A stretch of DNA of 64,000 nucleotides from Candidatus Gygaella obscura (GTDB taxonomy: Bacteria > Omnitrophota > Gorgyraeia > Gygaellales > Gygaellaceae): positions 12,288 to 76,287 of the forward strand of contig JAVCCR010000002.1 of assembly GCA_030765485.1 (NCBI GenBank). Reading direction: 5' to 3'. The translations under genes were made by a program, and so were the position numbers. The notes below the pieces were generated by a model. It was given only the letters and a program-made list of their open reading frames with translations, was not told the DNA's origin and did no database searches. Positions 23,749-33,898 of this stretch are shown one piece after another; the stretch's first letter is position 1; each line of letters starts with the position of its first letter.

Positions 23749-24893
23749 AATAAGAGTATTCCCCCTAGAGTTAAAAATATTAAAGCGGTAATAATTTTTA
23801 TTAAACCTAGATTCTTCTGACTAAAGCGAGCAAACTTCTCAGAAGTCAAACCATAACCACCAAGAATAACAATTATAAATAACGGTAAAACGAACATCAA
23901 ATTATATAACACAAGGTAAGAAAAAGCCAGGAATTTCGTAGATGTAGCATTCATTACAAAAACTATCGTCGGTAAATATAGCTGGCCCGTACAAACTGAT
24001 TCAAATACAGTTACTAAAAATGCGCAGCCAACGCTAGATATAATCATCCCAAAAATAGTCTTTTTGCTGTATCCGGTTTTCTCACGAATATCAGTAGACT
24101 GTTTTATTACAGACTGAATTCTGCTTTTAACCATACCGGGAAGTTTAAGAATAGTTTTATGGGCATCTTTTGTTCTCTTAAAAATTACAAAATCATATAT
24201 ATTTAAAGCCGCCAATAAAAAAGCTAAACCCATGGTCAATAAAGCAATGGTTATCTCCAAATAAACATTTATACCTAAAATCTTGAAAATCTCAAACACT
24301 CCCAACCCCAGCAAAAGATAAGTCAAGAAAACAGTAATGATAAAAATCGTACCAACAAAAATTATCTCTTTTCTCCTATACCCTACGAATCCTAGAAAAG
24401 AAACAAAAAATACCAATACGGTAAATGCGCAGGGATTAATACTGTCAGCAAGACCAGCACCTAATACCATGGTCATATTTAACTTCCTGAATTTATCAAC
24501 CTGCTTTGATTGCTTCATAACCACAAATGCCTTAACCGGTATCCTTATGGATGGATTCTCAGGATCATTAGTATCCAGAATCAAATACTGAATAACATCC
24601 TTGCTATAACCAGTAGAATCAAAATTAAATTTTATTATTTTAAACTCATCAGGAGAAAGGAAAAAGGTCAAAACAGAAGGTTCTGTAACTTGCACACAAT
24701 CGCAGGTTAACCGTATCTTTATATCAAGCCTATCGGTTCCAGCGTTTCTGACAATAACCTCATGGGAAAAAAGTTTACCTTCTTCAATGCGGCCCAGATC
24801 AAATTGATCTGTACTTATTTTTATTTGCGGCTGAGCAAAACAGATCAAAGGCAATAAGAATATAGCTAAAACAAAAAAAATAATCTTACGCAT
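23703..24893 (-). CDS. DUF1573-like Ig domain fused to CcdA/DsbD-type transmembrane domain
   Basis: Signal peptide, DLGRI..G..RNAG..TCDC..TNDP domain, then GLADSINPCAF and ESVCTGQLYLP with about six TM helices. Confidence 0.75.
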   Translation of the reverse strand: MRKIIFFVLAIFLLPLICFAQPQIKISTDQFDLGRIEEGKLFSHEVIVRNAGTDRLDIKIRLTCDCVQVTEPSVLTFFLSPDEFKIIKFNFDSTGYSKDVIQYLILDTNDPENPSIRIPVKAFVVMKQSKQVDKFRKLNMTMVLGAGLADSINPCAFTVLVFFVSFLGFVGYRRKEIIFVGTIFIITVFLTYLLLGLGVFEIFKILGINVYLEITIALLTMGLAFLLAALNIYDFVIFKRTKDAHKTILKLPGMVKSRIQSVIKQSTDIREKTGYSKKTIFGMIISSVGCAFLVTVFESVCTGQLYLPTIVFVMNATSTKFLAFSYLVLYNLMFVLPLFIIVILGGYGLTSEKFARFSQKNLGLIKIITALIFLTLGGILLLWKKEDFIYLFSLFV

Positions 24894-24896
24894 AGA

Positions 24897-26480
24897 TTAT
24901 AGCTTAAGCAGTTTTACAGAATTTATATTTTTAACAGACCTTATTTCTTCAAGTATCTTTTCGCTTGCATGATTATCGATATTAATAATACTTATTGCCT
25001 GTCCTCCTATTTTAACTCTACCAAAAGCCATACAGGCAATATTTACTCCATGCTTGCCAAGAAGCGTTCCCAAGGATCCAATAATTCCTGGTTTATCAAC
25101 ATTGCTGGTAAGAAGCATAAACCCTTTAGGTACTGCCTCAAGATACATATTATCAAGCTTTACTATCCTAGGTTCTTTATCTGCAAAAAGCGTACCGGCA
25201 ATAGATCTTACTCCTTGAGCAGTTTTAACCTCCAGACTAACCAAATTAGCAAAATCGCTTTCTTCACTTAAACGCTGTTCAGTAAGTTTTATCCCGCGCT
25301 CCTTGGCTAAAGAAATCGCATTTACAAAATTAACCGTATCCTGCAATATCGGTTTAAGCAATCCATTTACCAAAGACATGCTAATCGGAGCAATATCTGT
25401 TGGAGTAAAGAACCCGCTGTAGCTTAAAACAACCTCTTTGATTGAAGAATCAATCAATTGACCTAAAAATAAACCCAGACGCTCTCCTAAATTGACCCAA
25501 GGCATAAGAATCTTCATTGCCTCCGGCTCTAAATTGGGAAAATTAGCGGCATTTCTAATACCTTTATCTAATAACGCATCCCTTACGCATTCGGCAATCT
25601 CTATACTTACATTAACCTGCGCCTCTTTAGTAGAAGCACCCAAATGAGGCGTAAAAATAATCTTATCGGATTTTAACAAAACATTTGTGCTATCAAACGG
25701 CTCCTTTTCATATACATCGAATGCCGCAGCTGAAACGATTTCTTTTTCAATCGCACTTACCAAAGCTGCTTCATCAATTATACCGCCTCTTGCACAGTTA
25801 ACAATTTTTACTCCTTTTTTCATCTTTAAAAATGCCTTCTCTGATATCAAATGATGTGTATCGTCAGTTAAAGGAACATGAACCGTTACGATATCTGCTC
25901 TGGCAAATAAATCATCCAGCGAAACTGATTCAATCTCAAGCTGGTCAACTTTTTCTTTGGATAAAAATGGGTCAAATGCAATAATCTTCATACCAAAATT
26001 TAAAGCCCTTTTGGCAACCTCAGTACCAATCCTGCCTAAACCTACTATACCTAACGTTTTACCGTAAACCTCTTTACCCATAAAGGCTGAACGTTTCCAT
26101 TCGCCTTTTAACATCGAAGCATGGGCCTGAGGGATATTGCGCATCAAAGCTAAAACCATAGAAAATGTATGCTCTGCAGTAGAAATGGTATTACCACCAG
26201 GAGCATTCATTACCATAATGCCTTTTGCCGTAGCTGCAACTAAATCAACATTATCAAGCCCAACCCCTGCTCGACCAATAACCTTAAGATTATCTGCTGA
26301 CTCAATTATCTCTTTTGTTACCTTGGTGCCGCTTCTAACAACTAAAGCGTGATACTTAGATATAATCTTTTTTAATTCTTCGGGTTTTAATCCGGTATTA
26401 ATATCAACTTTAAATTCTTTAACCTGCTTTAAAATCTCTACTCCCTCAGGTGAAAGCTTATCGCTAATTAAAATATTCAT
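24897..26480 (-). CDS. serA: D-3-phosphoglycerate dehydrogenase (ASB + ACT domains)
   Basis: GRAGVGLDNVD, GLGRIG, NCARGG, TPHLGAST, DKPGIIG. Confidence 0.96.
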   Translation of the reverse strand: MNILISDKLSPEGVEILKQVKEFKVDINTGLKPEELKKIISKYHALVVRSGTKVTKEIIESADNLKVIGRAGVGLDNVDLVAATAKGIMVMNAPGGNTISTAEHTFSMVLALMRNIPQAHASMLKGEWKRSAFMGKEVYGKTLGIVGLGRIGTEVAKRALNFGMKIIAFDPFLSKEKVDQLEIESVSLDDLFARADIVTVHVPLTDDTHHLISEKAFLKMKKGVKIVNCARGGIIDEAALVSAIEKEIVSAAAFDVYEKEPFDSTNVLLKSDKIIFTPHLGASTKEAQVNVSIEIAECVRDALLDKGIRNAANFPNLEPEAMKILMPWVNLGERLGLFLGQLIDSSIKEVVLSYSGFFTPTDIAPISMSLVNGLLKPILQDTVNFVNAISLAKERGIKLTEQRLSEESDFANLVSLEVKTAQGVRSIAGTLFADKEPRIVKLDNMYLEAVPKGFMLLTSNVDKPGIIGSLGTLLGKHGVNIACMAFGRVKIGGQAISIINIDNHASEKILEEIRSVKNINSVKLLKL

Positions 26481-26505
26481 CTCTTTCCTCTTTTTTTTAA
26501 AATAA

Positions 26506-27657
26506 TTACAATGAACTTTTACTAAACACTTCCTGCGCGGCTTTTACGCCTATACCTAAATCAACCTTTTGACCCATCCTTGCTAAAACTCGCTCTAGAC
26601 AAGAGATACAAATAATTATCTCAAACTCATTAATATATCCCATATGAGCGATTCTAATAATCTTTCCTTTTAGATGCGCCTGTCCGCCAGCAACAGCTAC
26701 ACCATAATCATCCCTCATCATTTTAACTAACTTTACTCCATCGATATTTGCAGGTAGCTTTATGGATGTAACTGCATCTGAACGACATGATTCATCTGCA
26801 AAAAGCTCAAGCCCCAAAGCTTTACTAGCCTCCCTTACTGCATCAGCCAATAAGGTATAATATTTAAATCCGTTTTCCAGACCTCTTTGTTTTAAAAGTT
26901 TTAAAGCGCTATTTAATGCTATTATCAACGAAATAGCTGAAGTCCATGGCATATCATCCTTAGCCAAAGATGCTTTATATTTTTTATAATCATAATAAAA
27001 TTTAGGCAGATTGCTTGTCTCGATTAATTTCCAGGCTTTCTCATTCAGCGTACAAAATGCCAAACCAGGAGGAATCATCAGACCCTTCTGCGAACCAGAA
27101 ACAACAACATCTATCTGCCAATCATCCGTATAGCAGGGCACAGCCCCAAGACCGCTTACAGCATCAACAACTAAAACCGCATCTGTCTTATTAACTATTT
27201 TTGCAATTTCTCTTATATCTGTAGATACTCCGGTAGAAGTCTCACAAAGCGTAGTAAATACAGCCTTAGGAACAGGCTTTGTAATCTTTAACTTTTCTTC
27301 AATTACCTTAGGATCAACTGAATGACCCCATTCTACATTAATAACTATAGGTTCAACGCCATAAGCATTACAGAGCTTTCCCCAACGCTCTCCGAACTTA
27401 CCGCCATTTACGCATATTGCCGTGTCACCTGCCGATAAAAGGTTTGCAACAGTTGATTCCATTGCTCCAGTTCCAGAAGAAGTAAACACAAAACAATCCT
27501 GCTTTGTAGCAAATACGCATTTTAAGCCTTCACAGACCTCTTTAAAAATACTTAAAAACTGTGGGGTCCTATGATGAATAATGGGTTTTGCCAAAGACTC
27601 CATCACTTCCGGCGGCAAAGGCGTAGGTCCAGGAGTAAGAAGGTAATTTTTTTTCAT
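26506..27657 (-). CDS. Class V PLP aminotransferase (AGT/serine-pyruvate family; probable phosphoserine aminotransferase role)
   Basis: LTPGPT, SGTGAME, VDAVS, SGSQKGLMIPPG, RIAHMG; adjacent to serA. Confidence 0.88.
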   Translation of the reverse strand: MKKNYLLTPGPTPLPPEVMESLAKPIIHHRTPQFLSIFKEVCEGLKCVFATKQDCFVFTSSGTGAMESTVANLLSAGDTAICVNGGKFGERWGKLCNAYGVEPIVINVEWGHSVDPKVIEEKLKITKPVPKAVFTTLCETSTGVSTDIREIAKIVNKTDAVLVVDAVSGLGAVPCYTDDWQIDVVVSGSQKGLMIPPGLAFCTLNEKAWKLIETSNLPKFYYDYKKYKASLAKDDMPWTSAISLIIALNSALKLLKQRGLENGFKYYTLLADAVREASKALGLELFADESCRSDAVTSIKLPANIDGVKLVKMMRDDYGVAVAGGQAHLKGKIIRIAHMGYINEFEIIICISCLERVLARMGQKVDLGIGVKAAQEVFSKSSL

Positions 27658-27709
27658 AAAACAATTTCTCCTTGCTTAATTAATATCTAATGCTAACTTT
27701 TTCTATAAA

Positions 27710-28315
27710 CTACTTTTTTTTGTTATTAATTACAGAATCAATTATACCGTATTCTTTCGATTCGTCAGCGGACATAAAATAATCTCTGTCAGTATCATTT
27801 TTAATCTGTTCAATATCTTTTCCCGTATGTTCGGAGAGTATTTTATTTAATTTATCCCTTAATCTTAAAATCTCTTTTGCCTGTATAGAGATATCTGTAG
27901 CCTGGCCTTGCACTCCGCCCCATGGTTGATGAATCATAATACGTGAATGCGGTAAAGCAAATCTTTTCCCATTTTTACCAGCTGCCAACAACAACGCACC
28001 CATACTTGCAGCCTGACCCACACAGTATGTAGAAACATCGGGCTTTACAAACTGCATAGTATCATAAATAGCTAACCCTGCAGTGATAGACCCTCCGGGA
28101 GAATTTATATACATATTAATTTCCTTTTTTGTATCTTCCATCTGCAAAAACAACATTTGAGCAATAACAATATTTGCTACATTGTCATCAATAGGAGTAC
28201 CAATAAAAATAATCCTATCCTTCAAAAGCCTTGAGAAGATATCATACGCCCTTTCATACCCTCGTGAAGTCTGCTCAATAACCATAGGTACAAGTGTCTG
28301 CATTTTATACGTCAT
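27710..28315 (-). CDS. clpP: Clp protease proteolytic subunit
   Basis: [30 protein letters not shown]. Confidence 0.97.
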   Translation of the reverse strand: MTYKMQTLVPMVIEQTSRGYERAYDIFSRLLKDRIIFIGTPIDDNVANIVIAQMLFLQMEDTKKEINMYINSPGGSITAGLAIYDTMQFVKPDVSTYCVGQAASMGALLLAAGKNGKRFALPHSRIMIHQPWGGVQGQATDISIQAKEILRLRDKLNKILSEHTGKDIEQIKNDTDRDYFMSADESKEYGIIDSVINNKKK

Positions 28316-28373
28316 TCTGTCCTCCTTATGGATAAATTTTAATTAATTATTATTAATATTATTATTTTACGTT

Positions 28374-29267
28374 TTATTTTTTCTCTACTTTTTTCCAATT
28401 CGCATTAGAAAGGAGAAAATCAAAAACTCTTTGGATAAAATTATTCTCTATTGTAATCTTTTCATTTTTCGCTATCTCTTCAAACACCAGATAAATCCAA
28501 ACATCATCTTCAGCATCCTTTTTGAGACGTTCCGTAAATTCTGCCTCTTTTTCGCTAAACTGCTGCTCAGTGAATCCGTATTTAGTCATCAGTTCTTTTT
28601 TGGTATTTTCAACCAATTCCTGAAAACGCCTATCTACTAATTTTACAGGCAACGTAAAACTACAGTTTTGTTTAAGCTGATCAATCAACTGTACTCTTGT
28701 CTGTTGAACACGGGCGTGCTCCTTCTGCAAATATATTTCTTTACTTAAAGATTCGTGCATATCAGCAAGTGAATAATAACCGCATGATTTGGCAAATTTA
28801 TCATTCACCTCGAGATCTTTTCCCTTTTGCTGCTTTACTGTATCCATTGCTTTTTCCAAATCTTGCTGCGTTACCTCAATCGGTTCAAGATTAACATTTA
28901 ATGCCTTATATTTTTTTATTTCAATCTTTGGTTTTACTTCTACTTTAACATTAAACGATAAACTTTCACCTGTCAAATTGACATCACTTATATTAGGCAT
29001 ATCAATAGGCTCAAGACTATCCTTTTTGACTGCCTCATCATAGATATCAGGCACAAGCGCCTTAATCGTTTCCTGCTCGGCAACTTTTGAATATTGCTTC
29101 TTTATCAATTCTTCCGGTGCCTTACCAGGACGAAATCCCGGAATCTTAGCTTCTTTTGCAATCTGTTTATAAATTTCATCCTTTTTATCGGTTATACGTT
29201 TTCCTGAAAGATTAACCGAAAATTGCGTAACATCGTTTTCCGTTTTTATTACTTCCGTCTTTAGCAT
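28374..29267 (-). CDS. tig: Trigger factor, short form lacking FKBP domain
   Basis: IPGFRPGKAP ribosome-binding motif; upstream of clpP; only 297 aa. Confidence 0.88.
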   Translation of the reverse strand: MLKTEVIKTENDVTQFSVNLSGKRITDKKDEIYKQIAKEAKIPGFRPGKAPEELIKKQYSKVAEQETIKALVPDIYDEAVKKDSLEPIDMPNISDVNLTGESLSFNVKVEVKPKIEIKKYKALNVNLEPIEVTQQDLEKAMDTVKQQKGKDLEVNDKFAKSCGYYSLADMHESLSKEIYLQKEHARVQQTRVQLIDQLKQNCSFTLPVKLVDRRFQELVENTKKELMTKYGFTEQQFSEKEAEFTERLKKDAEDDVWIYLVFEEIAKNEKITIENNFIQRVFDFLLSNANWKKVEKK

Positions 29268-29280
29268 CCTTAGATCCTTC

Positions 29281-30003
29281 CTACATTTTGAATTTTTCGC
29301 CCAGATATATTTCTCTTGCCTTGGGATCCTTAATCAAATCCTGAGCGCCACCTGAAATAAGAATCTTTCCTTCTGCTATTAAATATGCCCTGTCGGTTAT
29401 CGCCAGGGTCTCTCTTACGTTATGATCAGTCAACAATATCCCTAGACCCTTGTTTTTTAATTCCTTTATTATCGTTTGGGCTTCTGCTACTACTATCGGG
29501 TCAATCCCTGAAAAGGGTTCATCCAACAATATAAAAGATGGGTTTGTTGCCAAAGCCCTTGTAATCTCCAGACGACGTCTTTCTCCGCCTGAAAGGGTAA
29601 AAGCTTTATGCTTGGCTAAATGAGCGATATTTAATTCCTCCAAAAGACTATACAGTCTAGCCTTTCTTTCTTTGGCTGTAAAAGACATAGTCTCTAAAAT
29701 TGCTGTGATGTTTTCCTCAACAGTAAGGCGCTTAAACACAGAAGAATCCTGTGCCAGATAACCTATTCCAAAACGCGCCCTTTGATGTATGGGAAGTTTA
29801 GTAATATCCTGATTATCAAAAATTATCTTTCCCTTATCGGGAGTAATAACCCCTACAACCATATAAAATGTCGTAGTTTTTCCCGCTCCGTTAGGCCCTA
29901 ATAAACCAACAATTTCTCCACGACGAACAACCATATCAACATGACGAACTACTGCTTTACCGTCATATGATTTGGTTAAACCTTTTATCTCTAATAAATG
30001 CAT
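29281..30003 (-). CDS. lptB: LPS export ABC ATPase LptB
   Basis: GLLGPNGAGKTTTFY, LSGGERRRLEI, LDEPFSGIDP, TDHNVRETL. Confidence 0.95.
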   Translation of the reverse strand: MHLLEIKGLTKSYDGKAVVRHVDMVVRRGEIVGLLGPNGAGKTTTFYMVVGVITPDKGKIIFDNQDITKLPIHQRARFGIGYLAQDSSVFKRLTVEENITAILETMSFTAKERKARLYSLLEELNIAHLAKHKAFTLSGGERRRLEITRALATNPSFILLDEPFSGIDPIVVAEAQTIIKELKNKGLGILLTDHNVRETLAITDRAYLIAEGKILISGGAQDLIKDPKAREIYLGEKFKM

Positions 30004-30006
30004 ATA

Positions 30007-30882
30007 TTACTCCATCTCATCCGAATAAATAAATAATTTCGGTGTTCCGGTTAAAATAATCTTTTTCTGCACTACATCATAAACAGCTTCATCGCTAAAG
30101 GTAATATTTTCACCTTTAACGATCTTGACATTACCCTTGGCAACAATTTTATCAATCTTTCCACCCTTATCGCTCAGGCTGTCGTTTGATTCATCAGCCG
30201 TTTTATTAGATTTAAAAAAAGTAAAAAGCTCATCACAATAAATATCTCCTTGAACGCTGTTGCTTGCTTTTACATTTTCATAAAAAATAGCCATTCCTTT
30301 TTCATAATCAACTTCCAAAGGACCATCACAGGTAATCACAGTGCGTTCATCGGATTCTTCTTGGATCGATTCTTGATTACTATCTTCATCCTTTAAAGTT
30401 ACTTCGACATCTTTTAAAAGTGACGCCTTATCCAAACTTGGATTCGCCTTTAACCCCTTACCATCGGCATTAAAAGCAGGATGCTCGATATTTACTTTAT
30501 CTTGAGTATCAATTAAATCCTCGCTCTGACTCCAGTCTAATGAATCAGTAACCAGCCTAGCTCCCGAATCTGTTGTAATAACAACATTTTCCTGTAGATG
30601 AAGCTTACCTTCGGCTTTATCAAATACTCCTTTATCAGCAACCAGATTAATTGTATCTTTATCCTTATAAGAATTTGCGTCAATGTCAGAAAGATTCACC
30701 TTTTCATCAAGAAAATCAGCAGTCTTACCTTTGACATCCCAACTTTTTTTACCCTGCTGAGAATAGCCTGAAAGATTAAAATCCGTTATCTGCTGATCGC
30801 TTTCTATTTCCTCTTGCGCAAAACAACAAAAACAAAAAGCAAACAAAAATACTATTATAGTTATTATGTTTTTTTTATACAT
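30007..30882 (-). CDS. LptC-LptA-like fused beta-jellyroll protein
   Basis: Signal/anchor, LptC-like half (TDSLDW), acidic linker, LptA-like half (ITCDG, AKGNVKI, ILTGTP); between kdsC and lptB. Confidence 0.75.
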   Translation of the reverse strand: MYKKNIITIIVFLFAFCFCCFAQEEIESDQQITDFNLSGYSQQGKKSWDVKGKTADFLDEKVNLSDIDANSYKDKDTINLVADKGVFDKAEGKLHLQENVVITTDSGARLVTDSLDWSQSEDLIDTQDKVNIEHPAFNADGKGLKANPSLDKASLLKDVEVTLKDEDSNQESIQEESDERTVITCDGPLEVDYEKGMAIFYENVKASNSVQGDIYCDELFTFFKSNKTADESNDSLSDKGGKIDKIVAKGNVKIVKGENITFSDEAVYDVVQKKIILTGTPKLFIYSDEME

Positions 30883-31393
30883 AATCCTTAATCGCTTCAT
30901 CCCATTTATTCTGAGACTTAAGGATAATCTCACTTACTTCCCTTACTGCACCCTTGCCGCCATAAGCCTTAGTTATATAGTGAGCAGTTTGTTTTACTTC
31001 CTCACAGGCATTGTTGACTGCAACCGCAAAACCAGCCAGTTTCATCGCTGAAATATCTACTAAATCATCTCCTATAAAACAAACCTCGTCTTCGCTAATA
31101 CCGTATTCTGCTTTAATTTTTTCATATACTTTTGATTTCGGCATAAGATCATCATAAACCTTTTTTACCCCCATATCCTTAGCGCGCGGTTTTATTGACC
31201 GGGAAGCCTTAGCGGTAATTATAATCGTGGGGATTTTTTGTTTATTCAACAAATGCACACCCATACCGTCATACACATTAAAAAGCTTTAGTTCTCGACC
31301 TGAGGTATCATATATAATCCTGCCATCAGTAAGCACTCCATCAACATCCAACAGCAGCAATCTTATCTTCTTTATTCTTTCTTCTATATTCAT
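30875..31393 (-). CDS. kdsC: KDO 8-phosphate phosphatase
   Basis: LDVDGVLTDG, FIGDDLVD, GGKGAVRE. Confidence 0.93.
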   Translation of the reverse strand: MNIEERIKKIRLLLLDVDGVLTDGRIIYDTSGRELKLFNVYDGMGVHLLNKQKIPTIIITAKASRSIKPRAKDMGVKKVYDDLMPKSKVYEKIKAEYGISEDEVCFIGDDLVDISAMKLAGFAVAVNNACEEVKQTAHYITKAYGGKGAVREVSEIILKSQNKWDEAIKDYV

Positions 31394-31398
31394 AACGA

Positions 31399-32358
31399 TT
31401 ACACCAAACCTGCGCTTAAAAGATCCTGAATATCCAAAATTCCAACAGGTTTATTGTTTTTATCTACTACAGGTAACTCATCAATCTTTTTCTTTCTTAA
31501 AATACTTAATGCCTCCATAGCTAACCTATCTCTAGATATGGTTATAGGATGCTTAGTCATAACAAAATTGATTTTTTTATTTGAAAGATCTGAATCTTCT
31601 TCGAGATGTCTTCTTAAATCTCCGTCTGTAAAAATACCTGTAAGACAACCTTTAGCATCAACCACGCAGGCGGCACCGGCTCGCGCTGCAGTAATCGCAT
31701 AAAGAGCCTCCTTTACAATCTGCGTCTGCTTAACTATAGGGTTATTTTTACCCTTGCGCATTATATCCTCGACTTTAAGTAAAAGTTTTTTTCCTAAGTT
31801 CCCCCCTGGGTGCAAAAAAGCAAAATCTTCTTTTTTAAAACCTTTTCTGTCTAAAACGCAAACCGCCAAAGCGTCTCCTAAAGCAAGCATAGCTGTCGTA
31901 GATGATGTCGGAGCCAGTCCCAAAGAACAGGCTTCTTTTTTTACAGAACTATCCAAAACGCAATCTGCATGTTTTGCCAAAGTAGAATTCTTATTGCCGG
32001 TAATCGCAATTATCTTTGAACCTAACTTTTTTAAAATCGGTAAAAGCTGTTTTACTTCCTGAGTCTCACCGCTATTAGACATTACCACTACAACATCATC
32101 TTGAATAACTCTTCCCAAATCACCATGAATTGCCTCGGTTGAATGCAGCCAAAAACTGGGAGTCCCTAAAGAAGATAATGTTGCAGAAATTTTCTGTCCG
32201 ATAAGACCACCTTTGCCTACTCCGGTTATCACAACCCTACCTTTAGATTTTTCAATAAAATCCACTGCCTTTACAAAATCATTATCAAGCTTACCGATAA
32301 GATCTTTTATGCAGTCAGCTTCAATTCTTAAAACCTCTTTTGCCCTTTTTATGCTCAT
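31399..32358 (-). CDS. kdsD: Arabinose 5-phosphate isomerase (SIS + CBS)
   Basis: TGVGKGG, EAIHGDLG, SNSGET, APTSST, HPGG, CBS pair. Confidence 0.94.
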   Translation of the reverse strand: MSIKRAKEVLRIEADCIKDLIGKLDNDFVKAVDFIEKSKGRVVITGVGKGGLIGQKISATLSSLGTPSFWLHSTEAIHGDLGRVIQDDVVVVMSNSGETQEVKQLLPILKKLGSKIIAITGNKNSTLAKHADCVLDSSVKKEACSLGLAPTSSTTAMLALGDALAVCVLDRKGFKKEDFAFLHPGGNLGKKLLLKVEDIMRKGKNNPIVKQTQIVKEALYAITAARAGAACVVDAKGCLTGIFTDGDLRRHLEEDSDLSNKKINFVMTKHPITISRDRLAMEALSILRKKKIDELPVVDKNNKPVGILDIQDLLSAGLV

Positions 32359-33164
32359 TTTAAAACCTTATTTATTTTTACTAAATCTTTTAATAAATCT
32401 GCCAGCTTACTAAGTTGCAGAGAATTAGCCCCGTCACAAAGCGCTTTTTTCGGAGTGGGATGAACTTCTAAAAATATGCCATCGCAACCAAAGGCAACTG
32501 CGGCGCGCGCAAGAGGAACAATAAACTCGCTTTGGCCGCCAGAACATGTCCCTTTGCCACCAGGAATCTGAACGCTGTGAGTAGCATCAAAAATAACCGG
32601 ATAGCCAAACTTACGCATTATCGCCAAAGAACGCATATCGCTAACCAAATTATTATAACCGAAGCTTACTCCTCTTTCAGTAAGAATAATTTTCTTGTTC
32701 CCTTGGGATTCTATCTTTTTGATTATCGGACCTAAATCAAAAGGAGCCATAAATTGACCCTTTTTTAAATTTACCACTTTTTGGGTTTTAGCAACCGCGA
32801 TCACAAGATCAGTTTGACGACATAAAAATGCGGGAATCTGTATGATATCCAAGACTTCAGCAGCCGGTGCTACCTGAGAAACACAATGTACATCACTTAA
32901 AATAACAAGGCCAGTTTCTTTATTTACTTTTTTTAAAATCTCTAAACCCTTTTTGATTCCCGGCCCCCTATAAGAACCAAGAGACATTCTATTTGCCTTA
33001 TCAAAACTGCTTTTAAATATAATCGGCACATTTAATTTAAGGCTTAGTTTTTTAATTCTATCAGCTATATCAAGAGTAAGTTTTTCTGTTTCAATCACAC
33101 ACGGACCAGCAATAAAAACCAATCCCTTCCCCGAACCAATATTGATATTACGAACTGTAACCAT
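32355..33164 (-). CDS. kdsA: KDO 8-phosphate synthase
   Basis: IAGPCVIE, KSSFDKANR, QIPAFLCRQT, DATHSVQ; start ATG 33164. Confidence 0.96.
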   Translation of the reverse strand: MVTVRNINIGSGKGLVFIAGPCVIETEKLTLDIADRIKKLSLKLNVPIIFKSSFDKANRMSLGSYRGPGIKKGLEILKKVNKETGLVILSDVHCVSQVAPAAEVLDIIQIPAFLCRQTDLVIAVAKTQKVVNLKKGQFMAPFDLGPIIKKIESQGNKKIILTERGVSFGYNNLVSDMRSLAIMRKFGYPVIFDATHSVQIPGGKGTCSGGQSEFIVPLARAAVAFGCDGIFLEVHPTPKKALCDGANSLQLSKLADLLKDLVKINKVLK

Positions 33165-33897
33165 TTTTTTTCCTCTGTAAAATCTGTGTAACTTTTTCCA
33201 AATCTTCTTGTGTATCCACACCGACAGTCTCAATAGAAGTCTCAACAAGCTTTATCTTATATCCATTTTCTAAAGCGCGCAACTGCTCGAGACGTTCGGT
33301 TTTCTCAAGATTTGACACAGCCAAATTTTTAAATGTAAATAAGAAATCCTTTGTGTAGGCATAAAGCCCCAGGTGTTTATAAATGGTGTTTTGATGCGTA
33401 TTTATTTCGCTTGTATAAGGAATAGGTGATCGGGAAAAATATAATGCAAAACCATTCTTATCGGATACGACTTTAACTACATTCTTATCGATAAACTCTT
33501 CAAAACTAATTATCCTCTTGACTAAAGTTGACATATAAACATCCTTGTTCTCAAGAATACTCGAAGCCAATTGGTCTATCATCACCGGTTCTAACAAAGG
33601 TTCATCTGCTTGGATATTTACTACAACTTTAATATCCAAAGGATTAACTACCTCTGCAATCCTGTCTGTTCCAGACATGTGCCCTTTTGCAGTAAAAACA
33701 ACATTGGCGCCAAATTCTTTTGCAACCTCAAAAACAAGCTGGTTATCACAGGCAATTATCAAATCATCTAAACTTGTAGCCTGTTTTGCCCTTTCCCAGA
33801 CATGCTGAAGCATAGACTTACCCATAATATTAGCCAGGATTTTACCTTCAAACCTTGTAGAACCGTATCTTGCCGGAATTACGCCGATAACTTCCAT
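33148..33897 (-). CDS. kdsB: CMP-KDO synthetase
   Basis: IPARYGSTRFEGK, SGTDR, QADEP, YFSRSPIP, LEQLRALE; start ATG 33897. Confidence 0.95.
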   Translation of the reverse strand: MEVIGVIPARYGSTRFEGKILANIMGKSMLQHVWERAKQATSLDDLIIACDNQLVFEVAKEFGANVVFTAKGHMSGTDRIAEVVNPLDIKVVVNIQADEPLLEPVMIDQLASSILENKDVYMSTLVKRIISFEEFIDKNVVKVVSDKNGFALYFSRSPIPYTSEINTHQNTIYKHLGLYAYTKDFLFTFKNLAVSNLEKTERLEQLRALENGYKIKLVETSIETVGVDTQEDLEKVTQILQRKKNGYSS

Positions 33898-33898
33898 T

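Noticed and set aside
24897-27657. Class V aminotransferase beside serA as a novel pathway
   Set aside because: A well-known pairing in which the enzyme serves as phosphoserine aminotransferase
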